A DNA stretch of 64,000 bases from a virus. Lineage: Duplodnaviria > Caudoviricetes. A program made the position numbers and the translations under genes. Below the pieces are notes generated by a model. It was not told the DNA's origin. It ran no database searches and saw only the letters and a program-made list of their open reading frames with translations. The stretch lies in the IMG/VR virus record IMGVR_UViG_3300012952_003947, positions 7,832 through 71,831 of that record. One strand, given 5' to 3'. Position 1 is the first letter of the stretch; every line of letters starts with the position of its first letter. This document shows positions 37,903 to 47,094 of this stretch, piece after piece.

Positions 37903-38630
37903 GTAATATTCCTCATTATAAAATATTCTAATGTATTAGCAGACCTTTCAATGTCCGCCGAGTCTGTTGGAATGAGTAGGTCCACATCCGTCGGAGGCTC
38001 AAAAGGATCCGATATTCCTGTAAAATTATTTATTCTCTCCGGATGACCGTCTGGTAAGAGTGCCTTCCTATATAGACCTTTTGTATCTCTCTCTTTAACA
38101 GTGTCTAAGCTAGCTTTTATATAAACAAGCTTGCCATTAGGGTCTAGTAGCTTTAACTCTTTTCTAACGTCGTCATACGGATTAATAGCTGATATTATTG
38201 TGACAACGTTGTTTCTTGCCAAGACTTTAGCGACAAAACCTAGTCTTCTAATATTTCTGTTCCTGTCTTCTTTGGAAAACCCCAGATCACTGCACAAACC
38301 GGCCCTATACTCGTCTCCGTCGATTACCTCTACTTGGATACCTTTTCTTCGCAATCTTTGCTGTACGAGGCGGGCAAGGGTGGTTTTGCCAGATCCAGAT
38401 AGGCCGGTCATTTGAATAAAGAGACCTCTCGTCCTGCCCCAGGTTGTACTATTCCAAGCTCTTTCATGAAGAATATACAGCGCAATCATGAATACTTGAT
38501 ATATAATAGCAACCAAGCCGGTTTGTTCCAAAGACCCGGTAACAAAATATGCAATACAGCTTAATACAAAAAGACCTATTAATCTCCAACTTATAGCTTT
38601 TATTAAACTTCTTTTCTTAGAATCAATCAT
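37899..38630 (-). CDS. cysC: adenylyl-sulfate (APS) kinase with N-terminal DUF2061-like membrane domain
   Basis: TGLSGSGKTT P-loop, DGDEYR...LGFSKEDRNRNIRR, RDTKGLY, FTGISDPFEPP; N-terminal KRSLIKAISWR plus two hydrophobic helices. Confidence 0.9.
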   Translation of the reverse strand: MIDSKKRSLIKAISWRLIGLFVLSCIAYFVTGSLEQTGLVAIIYQVFMIALYILHERAWNSTTWGRTRGLFIQMTGLSGSGKTTLARLVQQRLRRKGIQVEVIDGDEYRAGLCSDLGFSKEDRNRNIRRLGFVAKVLARNNVVTIISAINPYDDVRKELKLLDPNGKLVYIKASLDTVKERDTKGLYRKALLPDGHPERINNFTGISDPFEPPTDVDLLIPTDSADIERSANTLEYFIMRNIT

Positions 38631-38631
38631 T

Positions 38632-39495
38632 TTACACCCTTACTAAAAAATCTGCAACCGGCTTTTTGTGCTCAGGCAAATTATCATATTGTTGTTGTTT
38701 AATTTTAAATAAATTTTCATGTACTCCGGGTCTGCCGCCTTGAAGCTCTGGGTGTATGACGAAATTTAACGTGAGCATCGTTCTTTCTTGTTTAACAGGC
38801 TTTGTGCCTCGATGATATGACGTAGTAAACCCTGTTAAGAGATCTCCCTTCTTTGCAGTTAAATACATTAAAGAATCTTCTCCGTATAGATTTTTCATCT
38901 CATCTTCTGACCATCTGTGTCTCACTTGGTGATCCAGCGGCATCTTGTTCCAACTATCTCTTATTAAAGTGAGTGGCCCGTCTTCGGGAGAATCTACATC
39001 ATTCAAATACATAAAAAATTTAAAAAATTTAATACTGTTTTTGTCTCTATGAAAAAGTTGTGTAGTAGTGGGAGGCAAATCATTTAAAAAGCTTTTTCTT
39101 AAATTAAATGTTCCAATCGCCGGCATACATTTAAAGTACTCTTTGGCAAAATTAACAAGCGGATCGCTAAAAGCTATTTGCTGCACCTCGTCGCTAACTA
39201 AAAATGGGTTTGCAACAGTGGCATAGTGGCTATCAATAGATTTTAAGTCCACATTATTTTTTATGCAGAAATCAACCTTATCTTTTATAGTGTCTAAAAG
39301 ATCATGGTCTATTGCTTGTTCCCATTTGGTAAAACCGTTAGTCTTTAAATCTTCAATTTTTTCATCATACTCGCCAGTTAATTCGATAGGATATTTCTCT
39401 TTCCTCTCCAAAAACTGCTTATTATAATATTCTACAGCAGCTTGGCCGCCGTTATAAAAACCAACACTATCCGGTTCGAACCAATAATTATTCAC
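38632..39495 (-). CDS. 2OG-Fe(II) dioxygenase, PhyH-like
   Basis: FHRD...FFMYLNDV...GPL...GD...HRG...RTML (HxD...H...R). Confidence 0.8.
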   Translation of the reverse strand: MNNYWFEPDSVGFYNGGQAAVEYYNKQFLERKEKYPIELTGEYDEKIEDLKTNGFTKWEQAIDHDLLDTIKDKVDFCIKNNVDLKSIDSHYATVANPFLVSDEVQQIAFSDPLVNFAKEYFKCMPAIGTFNLRKSFLNDLPPTTTQLFHRDKNSIKFFKFFMYLNDVDSPEDGPLTLIRDSWNKMPLDHQVRHRWSEDEMKNLYGEDSLMYLTAKKGDLLTGFTTSYHRGTKPVKQERTMLTLNFVIHPELQGGRPGVHENLFKIKQQQYDNLPEHKKPVADFLVRV

Positions 39496-40222
39496 TTTCT
39501 TTTGGCTCCATTATTGCTAGTAGCGCTGGAGATTGTACGCCTTCTTCGATTTTTAGAATATTAAAATATCTTGAGGCTATAGATTCAAAAGATTTTTTTG
39601 AAAAGTAGTGTGTGTGTCCGTCATAATTATCTATTGTTGGATCAACCAATTTTCTTTTTCGGCCTTTGCCAGACAAGGAAATTAATAAAGGAATTTCAAT
39701 AATACAACGTTTTAATGCTAGCTGGGACATTTTCTTAAGAAAGTTTTCTATATCCTCAACATGTTCTAACACATGCCACGCTGAAATTACATCATAACTT
39801 TTAGAAGTTTCTAGTTTTAGAAAGTCTTCCTCGTAAGTGGTAAACCCTAATTTTTTACACTCGCTTATCAGTGATGGGTCCAATTCTGTGCATTCAATAC
39901 TGTCTACTTTATCCTGCAAATGTTTTGCAAATGTTCCCGCGCCGGCGCCGATATCTAACCAAGAATATTTTTCATTCAAATATTGATCGATCATTTCAAC
40001 TCTTTTGGAACAAATATCTTTTCTTTTCTCGTGAAATAATTCTGTAACATTGCCTTCAGCGTCTATCTCGGCATGGTCCCTTCGCTCAATAGTTCTATAT
40101 TGCTCTTGGTGGTACTTTACGCTATCCCCAGGGTATATCCTATGTATGTGACCGCAAGTATCACACTTTAATGTGTTTTGGTACACATTTTTATACTCAG
40201 ATCCACAGCAATGACATTTCAT
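39488..40222 (-). CDS. class I SAM-dependent methyltransferase with N-terminal zinc ribbon
   Basis: CHCC/CDTC cysteine pairs; LDIGAGAGTF motif I; YDVISAWHVLEH. Confidence 0.85.
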   Translation of the reverse strand: MKCHCCGSEYKNVYQNTLKCDTCGHIHRIYPGDSVKYHQEQYRTIERRDHAEIDAEGNVTELFHEKRKDICSKRVEMIDQYLNEKYSWLDIGAGAGTFAKHLQDKVDSIECTELDPSLISECKKLGFTTYEEDFLKLETSKSYDVISAWHVLEHVEDIENFLKKMSQLALKRCIIEIPLLISLSGKGRKRKLVDPTIDNYDGHTHYFSKKSFESIASRYFNILKIEEGVQSPALLAIMEPKESE

Positions 40223-41064
40223 TTTTTAGTAACTCCGATAAACTCAGGATCTACAAAAGTGTCAACATGATAATTTGTACCAGTATGTTTCCTTGAAATG
40301 TAAGGTCTAATTCTTTTTATTGTTGGTTTTACCATAAATGTTAATACATCTCTCGTTTTTTCTTCACAAAACGTAGCTCTGTGAATGATGTTATTATCAA
40401 ATATTATAGCAGTTCCTGCAGGTCCTGTTAATTTTTTTGGTTCATAGCCAGAGCCAATTAAACTTTCAATTTGATCATTAGAAAATCTACTCGGATCCCA
40501 AATAGGAGGACAAGCCTCGATCCATCGAATATGGTCAATTCTAGTTGTAAAAGCTTTATGGCCATGGTTGTTTTTTGATAAAACTTGGAAGGCGCCGTTT
40601 TGCTCTTCAACATCATCTAGATATATCATTATTTTAATGATTTCTTTTGGATGATTATCCATATGCCAGGAAAGAGAACCAACAGACTTTTCATCGTAAT
40701 TGCCAGTTTTTGTCCTATACGCATATACTGCCATGGCCTGAACATTACAATTAAATACAGTCTTTTCTACTTCTGGTAGAATAATTTCTGCTAATTCTTC
40801 TATTCTCGGAATATCCCACGGATTCTTATACCGCAGGAGAGGTTGATTTTTTATATCAACTCCGGAGGGAGTAAATATTTTTTTCGGATTTTTATATTCT
40901 TTATCTAAAAAATTTTTAATTTCATTTATAATATTCAAATAATCCGAATTGAAATGGCTTGGGTCAACCGCGCGGTACGTAAAATCATACAGACTTTGAT
41001 TTAGCCGAGTTCTATTTTCATAAGTTTCCTTACATAGTTCATAGTATTGTTCATAGGTTAACAT
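40219..41064 (-). CDS. 2OG-Fe(II) dioxygenase, PhyH-like
   Basis: WHMDNHP...IMIYLDDV...GPAGTAIIFDNNIIHRAT...RDVL. Confidence 0.8.
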   Translation of the reverse strand: MLTYEQYYELCKETYENRTRLNQSLYDFTYRAVDPSHFNSDYLNIINEIKNFLDKEYKNPKKIFTPSGVDIKNQPLLRYKNPWDIPRIEELAEIILPEVEKTVFNCNVQAMAVYAYRTKTGNYDEKSVGSLSWHMDNHPKEIIKIMIYLDDVEEQNGAFQVLSKNNHGHKAFTTRIDHIRWIEACPPIWDPSRFSNDQIESLIGSGYEPKKLTGPAGTAIIFDNNIIHRATFCEEKTRDVLTFMVKPTIKRIRPYISRKHTGTNYHVDTFVDPEFIGVTKK

Positions 41065-41065
41065 T

Positions 41066-41917
41066 TTAGTTTGATTTCTCTTTAAATTCTATTAAATCTC
41101 TATAATTCATAGGTTCAACAATATTGTCTAATCCCATCAAATTGCCATAAAGTTGGGTTCTTTGGAATTTAGTGTGATCGTATATCATTCTCACTGCATG
41201 GAGAGTATCTACAGACGGTTTAAATAATACTATTGAGTTATTCTTATTAGTTACAACTTTGGTCTCGCACCAATCCCACGGTACCCAGGTTGTATTTTTT
41301 TGATGGTTTTCGTTCCAATAATCTTTTACAAATTCCCATTCTGGTTTAAATTTAAGCAGGTTGGTATGAATTTGTTCTTCATCAATACTGCTGTTTTTAT
41401 TGATATTAAGAAGATATGTTAGTTGCTTCTCTCTGACATCTGGGTGTGGACTAATCTCATAGTGCGAAAGATTTTTTTGAATCGCTGTTATGATTCTAGT
41501 CTCTTTTACAATCTCAAACTTTTCTTCCAAGGTTTGTTTGAACTCTTGTCCATTTAAGTAATCTGTAAGTTCTCGTATAAGATTATTTTGTATTTTGGAT
41601 AATCTAAAAGTAACACCATAACTCTCTATTGGAGTACCCTTTCTGCCATAAGGAAAACTATTGTTATTGTAGTGATGAAGATACTCTTCTAAGTCAGTTG
41701 TACAGCCAGGAAAATTTTGTACTACATAATCTTTTTTCTGTAAAACATCTATCAACGCTTCTGTATCTCGGACTGGTTCGAAATGAATCTGCTTATCGGC
41801 CAGTATTATTTCTAGATGTTCTTCTTTTAAAACATTTTCGATTAAAAGATGCTTAAAGGGCTCTTTCTTAAACTCTGCGTTTTTTATTTTTTCGGAAATG
41901 TAGGAGAATTCACCCAT
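41066..41917 (-). CDS. 2OG-Fe(II) dioxygenase (prolyl-hydroxylase-like)
   Basis: PFKHLLIENVL, ISPHPD, LTYLLNIN, NSIVLF...TLHAV...RTQLYGN. Confidence 0.75.
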   Translation of the reverse strand: MGEFSYISEKIKNAEFKKEPFKHLLIENVLKEEHLEIILADKQIHFEPVRDTEALIDVLQKKDYVVQNFPGCTTDLEEYLHHYNNNSFPYGRKGTPIESYGVTFRLSKIQNNLIRELTDYLNGQEFKQTLEEKFEIVKETRIITAIQKNLSHYEISPHPDVREKQLTYLLNINKNSSIDEEQIHTNLLKFKPEWEFVKDYWNENHQKNTTWVPWDWCETKVVTNKNNSIVLFKPSVDTLHAVRMIYDHTKFQRTQLYGNLMGLDNIVEPMNYRDLIEFKEKSN

Positions 41918-41927
41918 TTGCCTGCCT

Positions 41928-43013
41928 TTATTTTTGTAAAATATCTCTTATCTTAAAGCAATAATCATCAAATTTATTTTGATATTGTTTCATATTTCTA
42001 TTACGTATATCATACCAATTAGATAAGTAGTCTTTATCATTTTTTAATTTATTTACTTTCTCGTATATTAGTTGATCCCAATTAGACTGTCTAATATCTA
42101 CATTATAGTCTTCGAATCCATTTTTAAGAGAAAAGCCTAAAACCTTATCTTGTGTAGAGAAATAAATTGAAGGCAGGTTTAGGCCAACAGAGCACAATTG
42201 GCCATGGCCGCGCATCACTATTCCATAATCGTAATCATGATAAGATTTAAAAATTTTCATAAAATTATCATATTTTATAAGCTCAGTAAATTCTTGTTGA
42301 TTCCACTGGAAGCTCTCAGTTGAAATTTGTGGAAACTTATAATCTTTTGGACAATGTGGGATAGTTTTTAAATCCAACTCTTTTATAAAATTTGATACTT
42401 TTTCTAAATTTGCAGGAAATAATCCTCTGCCGGCAATAATATCATCACCAGAGTTCCAGGCCGGTTGAAATAATCCATTTTTTATGGTTTCTTTTTGGTC
42501 GGCTTCGAAACCAAATATTAACCCAGGGTCCGGCACTTCTGGTACTTGCATGTTATTAAAGTAGTTTGATATCGTTTCTTGTGATCCGTCATTCCTAACA
42601 GAAAATAATTCACATCTATCGATAAAAGCTTTTATATTATGTAATCCCTCTCTTGTCATTCTATTTCTATTACGAAAATTATTAACCCCGACCGCAAAAG
42701 CAACCATAGGAATATCTATAACAGATAGCACATCTGCATTAAAAGGCAGTTTATAATATGTTTCAAATTTATGCTCGCCCTCTATAAGGCCGCCGCCTCC
42801 AACTATAAGAAGATCATTTTCTTCGGAAACTTTTTTAAATAAATTTTTAGAGTATTCTACGTTATTTCGTACATCATGAAAAGGTAAAATATTAACCGAA
42901 GACCATTCTATTTTTTGATCGACTATTTCATTTAGTCTTTTCCTGATATTGTAAGAAGCAATATTATCTCCGGCGTTAATACCGTACGATGCTAAGTGAG
43001 CAATCTTTATCAT
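41928..43013 (-). CDS. polysaccharide pyruvyltransferase family protein
   Basis: NAGDNI, LLIVGGGGLI, FSVRNDGS, VPDPGL, MRGHG motifs. Confidence 0.75.
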   Translation of the reverse strand: MIKIAHLASYGINAGDNIASYNIRKRLNEIVDQKIEWSSVNILPFHDVRNNVEYSKNLFKKVSEENDLLIVGGGGLIEGEHKFETYYKLPFNADVLSVIDIPMVAFAVGVNNFRNRNRMTREGLHNIKAFIDRCELFSVRNDGSQETISNYFNNMQVPEVPDPGLIFGFEADQKETIKNGLFQPAWNSGDDIIAGRGLFPANLEKVSNFIKELDLKTIPHCPKDYKFPQISTESFQWNQQEFTELIKYDNFMKIFKSYHDYDYGIVMRGHGQLCSVGLNLPSIYFSTQDKVLGFSLKNGFEDYNVDIRQSNWDQLIYEKVNKLKNDKDYLSNWYDIRNRNMKQYQNKFDDYCFKIRDILQK

Positions 43014-43870
43014 TTGAATATCAAACCTCTGTGAGATGGATCCATAAACATGTCCTTGTTCTGTAATCCACCAGTATGTTCTTTGTTAATATATGGAGAT
43101 AGCTTTTCTATAGATGGTTTTATTAAAAAATTCACTACGTCGCGGTGAGATTTTGTAGCCGTCGTTGCTCTGTGTATAACGTTTTCATTAAAAATTATTA
43201 CAGTACCTGCAGGACCACAAACTTTTGTAGGCTCGAAGCCCATCTCTTTCAATTTATCCATTTGATATGGACTAACTCTGCTATTGTTTGGCGCAGCTTT
43301 CCATTCTTTAAAACTAGTTCTAGTCGAATTATGTTTAAAAAGTTCTTTAGTCTCTTTATGTTGTAAAAATTCTAGCGGTGCGCAATCCTCGTCGACATCT
43401 GTTAGATAAATCATACATTTCATATATTCATATGGGTGATTATCAAAATGCCAAAGCCAAGACATACGGGGATCCCTATCGGTAATATTATTTCTGTATA
43501 TATATAAATTTTGAACTTGGATATTGCATCCAAAAAGATTTTTTTCAATCTGCGGCATTAAAATTTGTGTTATTTCTTCAAGACCGTCAATATCGAAAAA
43601 ATCCTTGCAAAATCTTACCAAATCATTATCCTTAGAAATACCGTCAGGTCCTGGCGGCCAGTAGCAAAGATCATCATTTGCCAATCTGTGATCTGAAGTT
43701 TTTGCTACTTTTTTTACAAGATCGGTATACTGCTCAGGAATACTTTCTATTATTGCAGCGCTTGAATCAGGAAACACAATTTCATGAGTAAAAGAGTATA
43801 AATCCACTGCAGGGGTGGGCATACCGGCTGCTTCTCTAGCTAAATTATAATATTCTTCATACGTTTTCAT
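43010..43870 (-). CDS. 2OG-Fe(II) dioxygenase, paralog of 40219-41064
   Basis: WHFDNHP...CMIYLTDV...GPAGTVIIFNENVIHRAT...RDVV; shares the TYExYY start and HTG near the C-terminus with 40219-41064. Confidence 0.8.
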   Translation of the reverse strand: MKTYEEYYNLAREAAGMPTPAVDLYSFTHEIVFPDSSAAIIESIPEQYTDLVKKVAKTSDHRLANDDLCYWPPGPDGISKDNDLVRFCKDFFDIDGLEEITQILMPQIEKNLFGCNIQVQNLYIYRNNITDRDPRMSWLWHFDNHPYEYMKCMIYLTDVDEDCAPLEFLQHKETKELFKHNSTRTSFKEWKAAPNNSRVSPYQMDKLKEMGFEPTKVCGPAGTVIIFNENVIHRATTATKSHRDVVNFLIKPSIEKLSPYINKEHTGGLQNKDMFMDPSHRGLIFK

Positions 43871-43871
43871 T

Positions 43872-45461
43872 TTATTTTTTATCCAACGTTTTGTTCAACT
43901 CTTCAATTAATTCTTTAAATTTAGTTTTATATCTTCTATTATTTTTCTTTTTTATATTCTCTTGTTTTTCATATTCTATCCCATGAAGACTATGCATTAA
44001 AGCAATATTATTAATAAGATTTCTTTGCCTAGTGCCTTGTTTGCCAACAGGTGCATCGGACATAGAGGAAACCGTGTTATCATAAATTATAGTTCCTCTG
44101 TCTCCGTTATCGAGTTTGACAGGGATATTAATAAGAGCAACTTGATATCCGGCAGCCCAGGCGCGATAACATATTTCTGATTCAAATAATATCCCAGGTT
44201 CCCCTGCTTTAGAACATCTGCGATCCCATCCGCCCAATTCTAGAAATACATCTTTTCTCATAAAATACGGGCCAATATTAATATTTTCAACGAACATAAG
44301 ATCCCTTCCATTATATTCACTATCCGGATTTTTATACGGTATTTCTCCAGCATCTATTCCATACGTAGGATCACGATCAAAATTTATAGTTCTGCCGCGA
44401 GCGCCGCCTAAAATAGCTAATTTCGGATATTTTTTGAAAAGATACTGAGCATAATTTAGCCAATCATTATCTGTCGGAATAACATCATCATCCTGCAAAA
44501 GACAAAATATCTTAGCTTCTGACATATGGATAGCTTTCTCATAAGTTCTTAATTCATGTATATCGTTACTTCTCAAAATATAATGATTCTTATGTTCGAT
44601 CAGATCAACCCATTTTTCCATCGAGCCGTCTACAGAGCCGTCCTCACATATTATTATTTCATCAAATTTTGATTTTGCCAATCTTTCATATAATTCTTCA
44701 ACATTGTATTCGTGATTGAAAGATAATAATATCGCAGACATTTTAGGATTTTCATTATATTTTGATCTCTTATTTAAATAAGCTTTGCGATTTTTAATTT
44801 TTTCAACCATCTCCGGTGGATGTATTGGTATGGCCCGAGTGTTAACTTTTTTATTCAATTCTGAGTATAATTGAAAATCTCTTTTGTATATTTTCTCAAT
44901 TCTAGCTTTTAAATTTTCATCTTTTTTAATATATTTATAAATCTCATCTTTTAGACTCTTATCTTTTGAGTTCAGGTGTTTTAATTTTACAGGCTTTTTA
45001 TTCAGATTTTTACAAAGCTTTTCAATTAATTGTTTAAGAAGTCTAAATTTTATGATTTTGTCTGAGTCGAAGGGAAGTAGCGCGCCGTGGTGGTCTGTAA
45101 TAAAATAATGTTGCGGAGCTATGTGCGCATCCCAAGTGTTATCTTTCTCAATCTCGTTGATAAACTCAACAAATTTTTCTTTTGATTCGGGCATCCTAAA
45201 GAATTTTTTAGTTCTAATTACGCGGCCATGTCTCTTTATTACTTCCAGATACCCCGAGACTAAGCGATCAATTGGATCTCTCAGGACGCAAAACAAAGCA
45301 TAGTTTTTTACATGATCCGGCAAATTAAAATAATTACTTTCGTTTTTATCCATATTAAATGCGTCTCTTATACTCGTTTGAGCACATTTAGGTATTCCTA
45401 TAAAACATAATTTATATTTATCGGAATACCAGCAAAGCCCTTTTTCATGGTTATGTGGCAT
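43872..45461 (-). CDS. sulfotransferase (Sulfotransfer_2-like) fused to a GT2 glycosyltransferase
   Basis: IGIPKCAQTSIR (5'-PSB), LRDPIDRLVSGY (3'-PB), DAHIAPQ; C-terminal IIICEDGSVDGS, LLQDDD, GPYFMRKDVFLELGGWD. Confidence 0.8.
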   Translation of the reverse strand: MPHNHEKGLCWYSDKYKLCFIGIPKCAQTSIRDAFNMDKNESNYFNLPDHVKNYALFCVLRDPIDRLVSGYLEVIKRHGRVIRTKKFFRMPESKEKFVEFINEIEKDNTWDAHIAPQHYFITDHHGALLPFDSDKIIKFRLLKQLIEKLCKNLNKKPVKLKHLNSKDKSLKDEIYKYIKKDENLKARIEKIYKRDFQLYSELNKKVNTRAIPIHPPEMVEKIKNRKAYLNKRSKYNENPKMSAILLSFNHEYNVEELYERLAKSKFDEIIICEDGSVDGSMEKWVDLIEHKNHYILRSNDIHELRTYEKAIHMSEAKIFCLLQDDDVIPTDNDWLNYAQYLFKKYPKLAILGGARGRTINFDRDPTYGIDAGEIPYKNPDSEYNGRDLMFVENINIGPYFMRKDVFLELGGWDRRCSKAGEPGILFESEICYRAWAAGYQVALINIPVKLDNGDRGTIIYDNTVSSMSDAPVGKQGTRQRNLINNIALMHSLHGIEYEKQENIKKKNNRRYKTKFKELIEELNKTLDKK

Positions 45462-45462
45462 G

Positions 45463-46092
45463 TTATTCTAGCTCCTTCAAAATCAATACTAAAGCATCTT
45501 TTGCACATGAATTTTCTTCACTTGCAATTAATCTATCTTCCACTATCTGTCTAGCTTTTTTTACATTTATTTCTGACCAATCTCCATGATCATAGCTTCC
45601 TTCAAAAAGACGTAAATCATCACACACTATTATAGCTTCATTTTTAAAATTATCATTAATAATTTGTAGTTCTTCATATAAAGGAACATCTTTTTCTCTA
45701 CTAGATCTTCCAGTCTTAACACCATTCCAATCTGCAGAATAATGACCGTCTAAGTAAAATATTGCTGGCTTATTTACTATTTTGCAAACTTCTTTAAGCT
45801 TTTCTTGTGAGTCTCCCAGTATAAAATTTATCTTATTGCTGGCGTCATAAAACGGATTCTCTAGACTATTAACAAAATTTACAGAATTATTATAAATTTC
45901 TTCGACAATTTCTATTGTATATAACTGCTCAAAATACGGAGACATGTGAAAAATAGTGGGTATTCTTAGTTTTCCTGTTTTTGGTATTTTTACAGGCTGA
46001 TATGTGCCTGTTTCTATAAATACTCTAGGACATTTTAAATTATAGCTAGCCAGCAAAGTGTCAATTACGCTCTTATTTAAATTTCCGCCCAT
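45463..46092 (-). CDS. putative class I SAM-dependent methyltransferase
   Basis: VFIETGTY, YTIEI, ILGDS, IFYLDGH, IVCDDLR pattern. Confidence 0.65.
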   Translation of the reverse strand: MGGNLNKSVIDTLLASYNLKCPRVFIETGTYQPVKIPKTGKLRIPTIFHMSPYFEQLYTIEIVEEIYNNSVNFVNSLENPFYDASNKINFILGDSQEKLKEVCKIVNKPAIFYLDGHYSADWNGVKTGRSSREKDVPLYEELQIINDNFKNEAIIVCDDLRLFEGSYDHGDWSEINVKKARQIVEDRLIASEENSCAKDALVLILKELE

Positions 46093-47094
46093 TTACCCTT
46101 CCATCTCCACCTGTTGTTTAACCCACTCATATGTTTTTTGCATCCCGACAACAAGAGATTGTGAATAATCCCATCCTAACATTTTTCTAATAAGAGAATT
46201 ATCGGAATTCCTACCCATAACACCAATCGGACATCTAAAGCCATACTTATCTTCAAATTCCTTGCCTTGAATATTATATATTGTCAAGGATTTGCCAGAG
46301 ACAGAAGCTGCCATTTTTGCAAAATCGTTAATAGATATCATCTCTTCAGATCCGATGTTTACAGGCCCTGTAAAATCTGAATCCATCAGCCTTCTTGTCG
46401 CCTCGATACACTCATCAATATATAAAAATGATCTTGTTTGTTTCCCATCTCCCCAAACTTCAATCTGCCCATCTAACGGAGCTTCGGCAGCTTTTCTGCA
46501 TAGTGCTGCAGGTGCTTTCTCTCGGCCTCCTGTCCAGGTGCCTTCGGGACCAAATATATTATGATATCTAGCAATGCTTACATTTAAATTATGATTTCTT
46601 GCGAAAGCAAAATAAAGCCTCTCACTAAATAATTTTTCCCAACCATATTCTGAATCTGGATTTGCGGGATAAACGGTGTCTTCGCTACAGGTTGGATTAT
46701 CTGGATCTAGCTGGTTATGTTCCGGATATACACATGCAGAAGAAGAATAGAATATTTTCTTTACTTTATTTTTAACACACTGCTCTAAAATATTGAGATT
46801 GATCATAACAGAATTATGCATAATATCTGCGTCATTCTTACCAGTAAAAATAAAACCGGCGCCTCCCATATCAGCAGCAAATTGATAAACTTCATCAATG
46901 TCTCTAGTAACCGCAGAGCAAATAGTCCCGCTTCTTAAGTCGCCGGGGACAAATTCATCCGCTATTTCTGTGATATCAAAAAAATCATGCTTTTTAATAT
47001 CTACGGCGCGGACCCAGTGGCCTTCCTGTTTTAACCTTTTTACCATAGCTCCGCCGATGAATCCGCCGGCCCCACAAACCAAAATTCTTTTCAT
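46093..47094 (-). CDS. GDP-mannose 3,5-epimerase-like NAD-dependent epimerase
   Basis: GAGGFIG, AADMGGAGFI, YSSSACVYP, YGWEK, GTWTGGREKAPAALCRK, WGDGKQTRSF, GRNSDN match GME signatures. Confidence 0.85.
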   Translation of the reverse strand: MKRILVCGAGGFIGGAMVKRLKQEGHWVRAVDIKKHDFFDITEIADEFVPGDLRSGTICSAVTRDIDEVYQFAADMGGAGFIFTGKNDADIMHNSVMINLNILEQCVKNKVKKIFYSSSACVYPEHNQLDPDNPTCSEDTVYPANPDSEYGWEKLFSERLYFAFARNHNLNVSIARYHNIFGPEGTWTGGREKAPAALCRKAAEAPLDGQIEVWGDGKQTRSFLYIDECIEATRRLMDSDFTGPVNIGSEEMISINDFAKMAASVSGKSLTIYNIQGKEFEDKYGFRCPIGVMGRNSDNSLIRKMLGWDYSQSLVVGMQKTYEWVKQQVEMEG

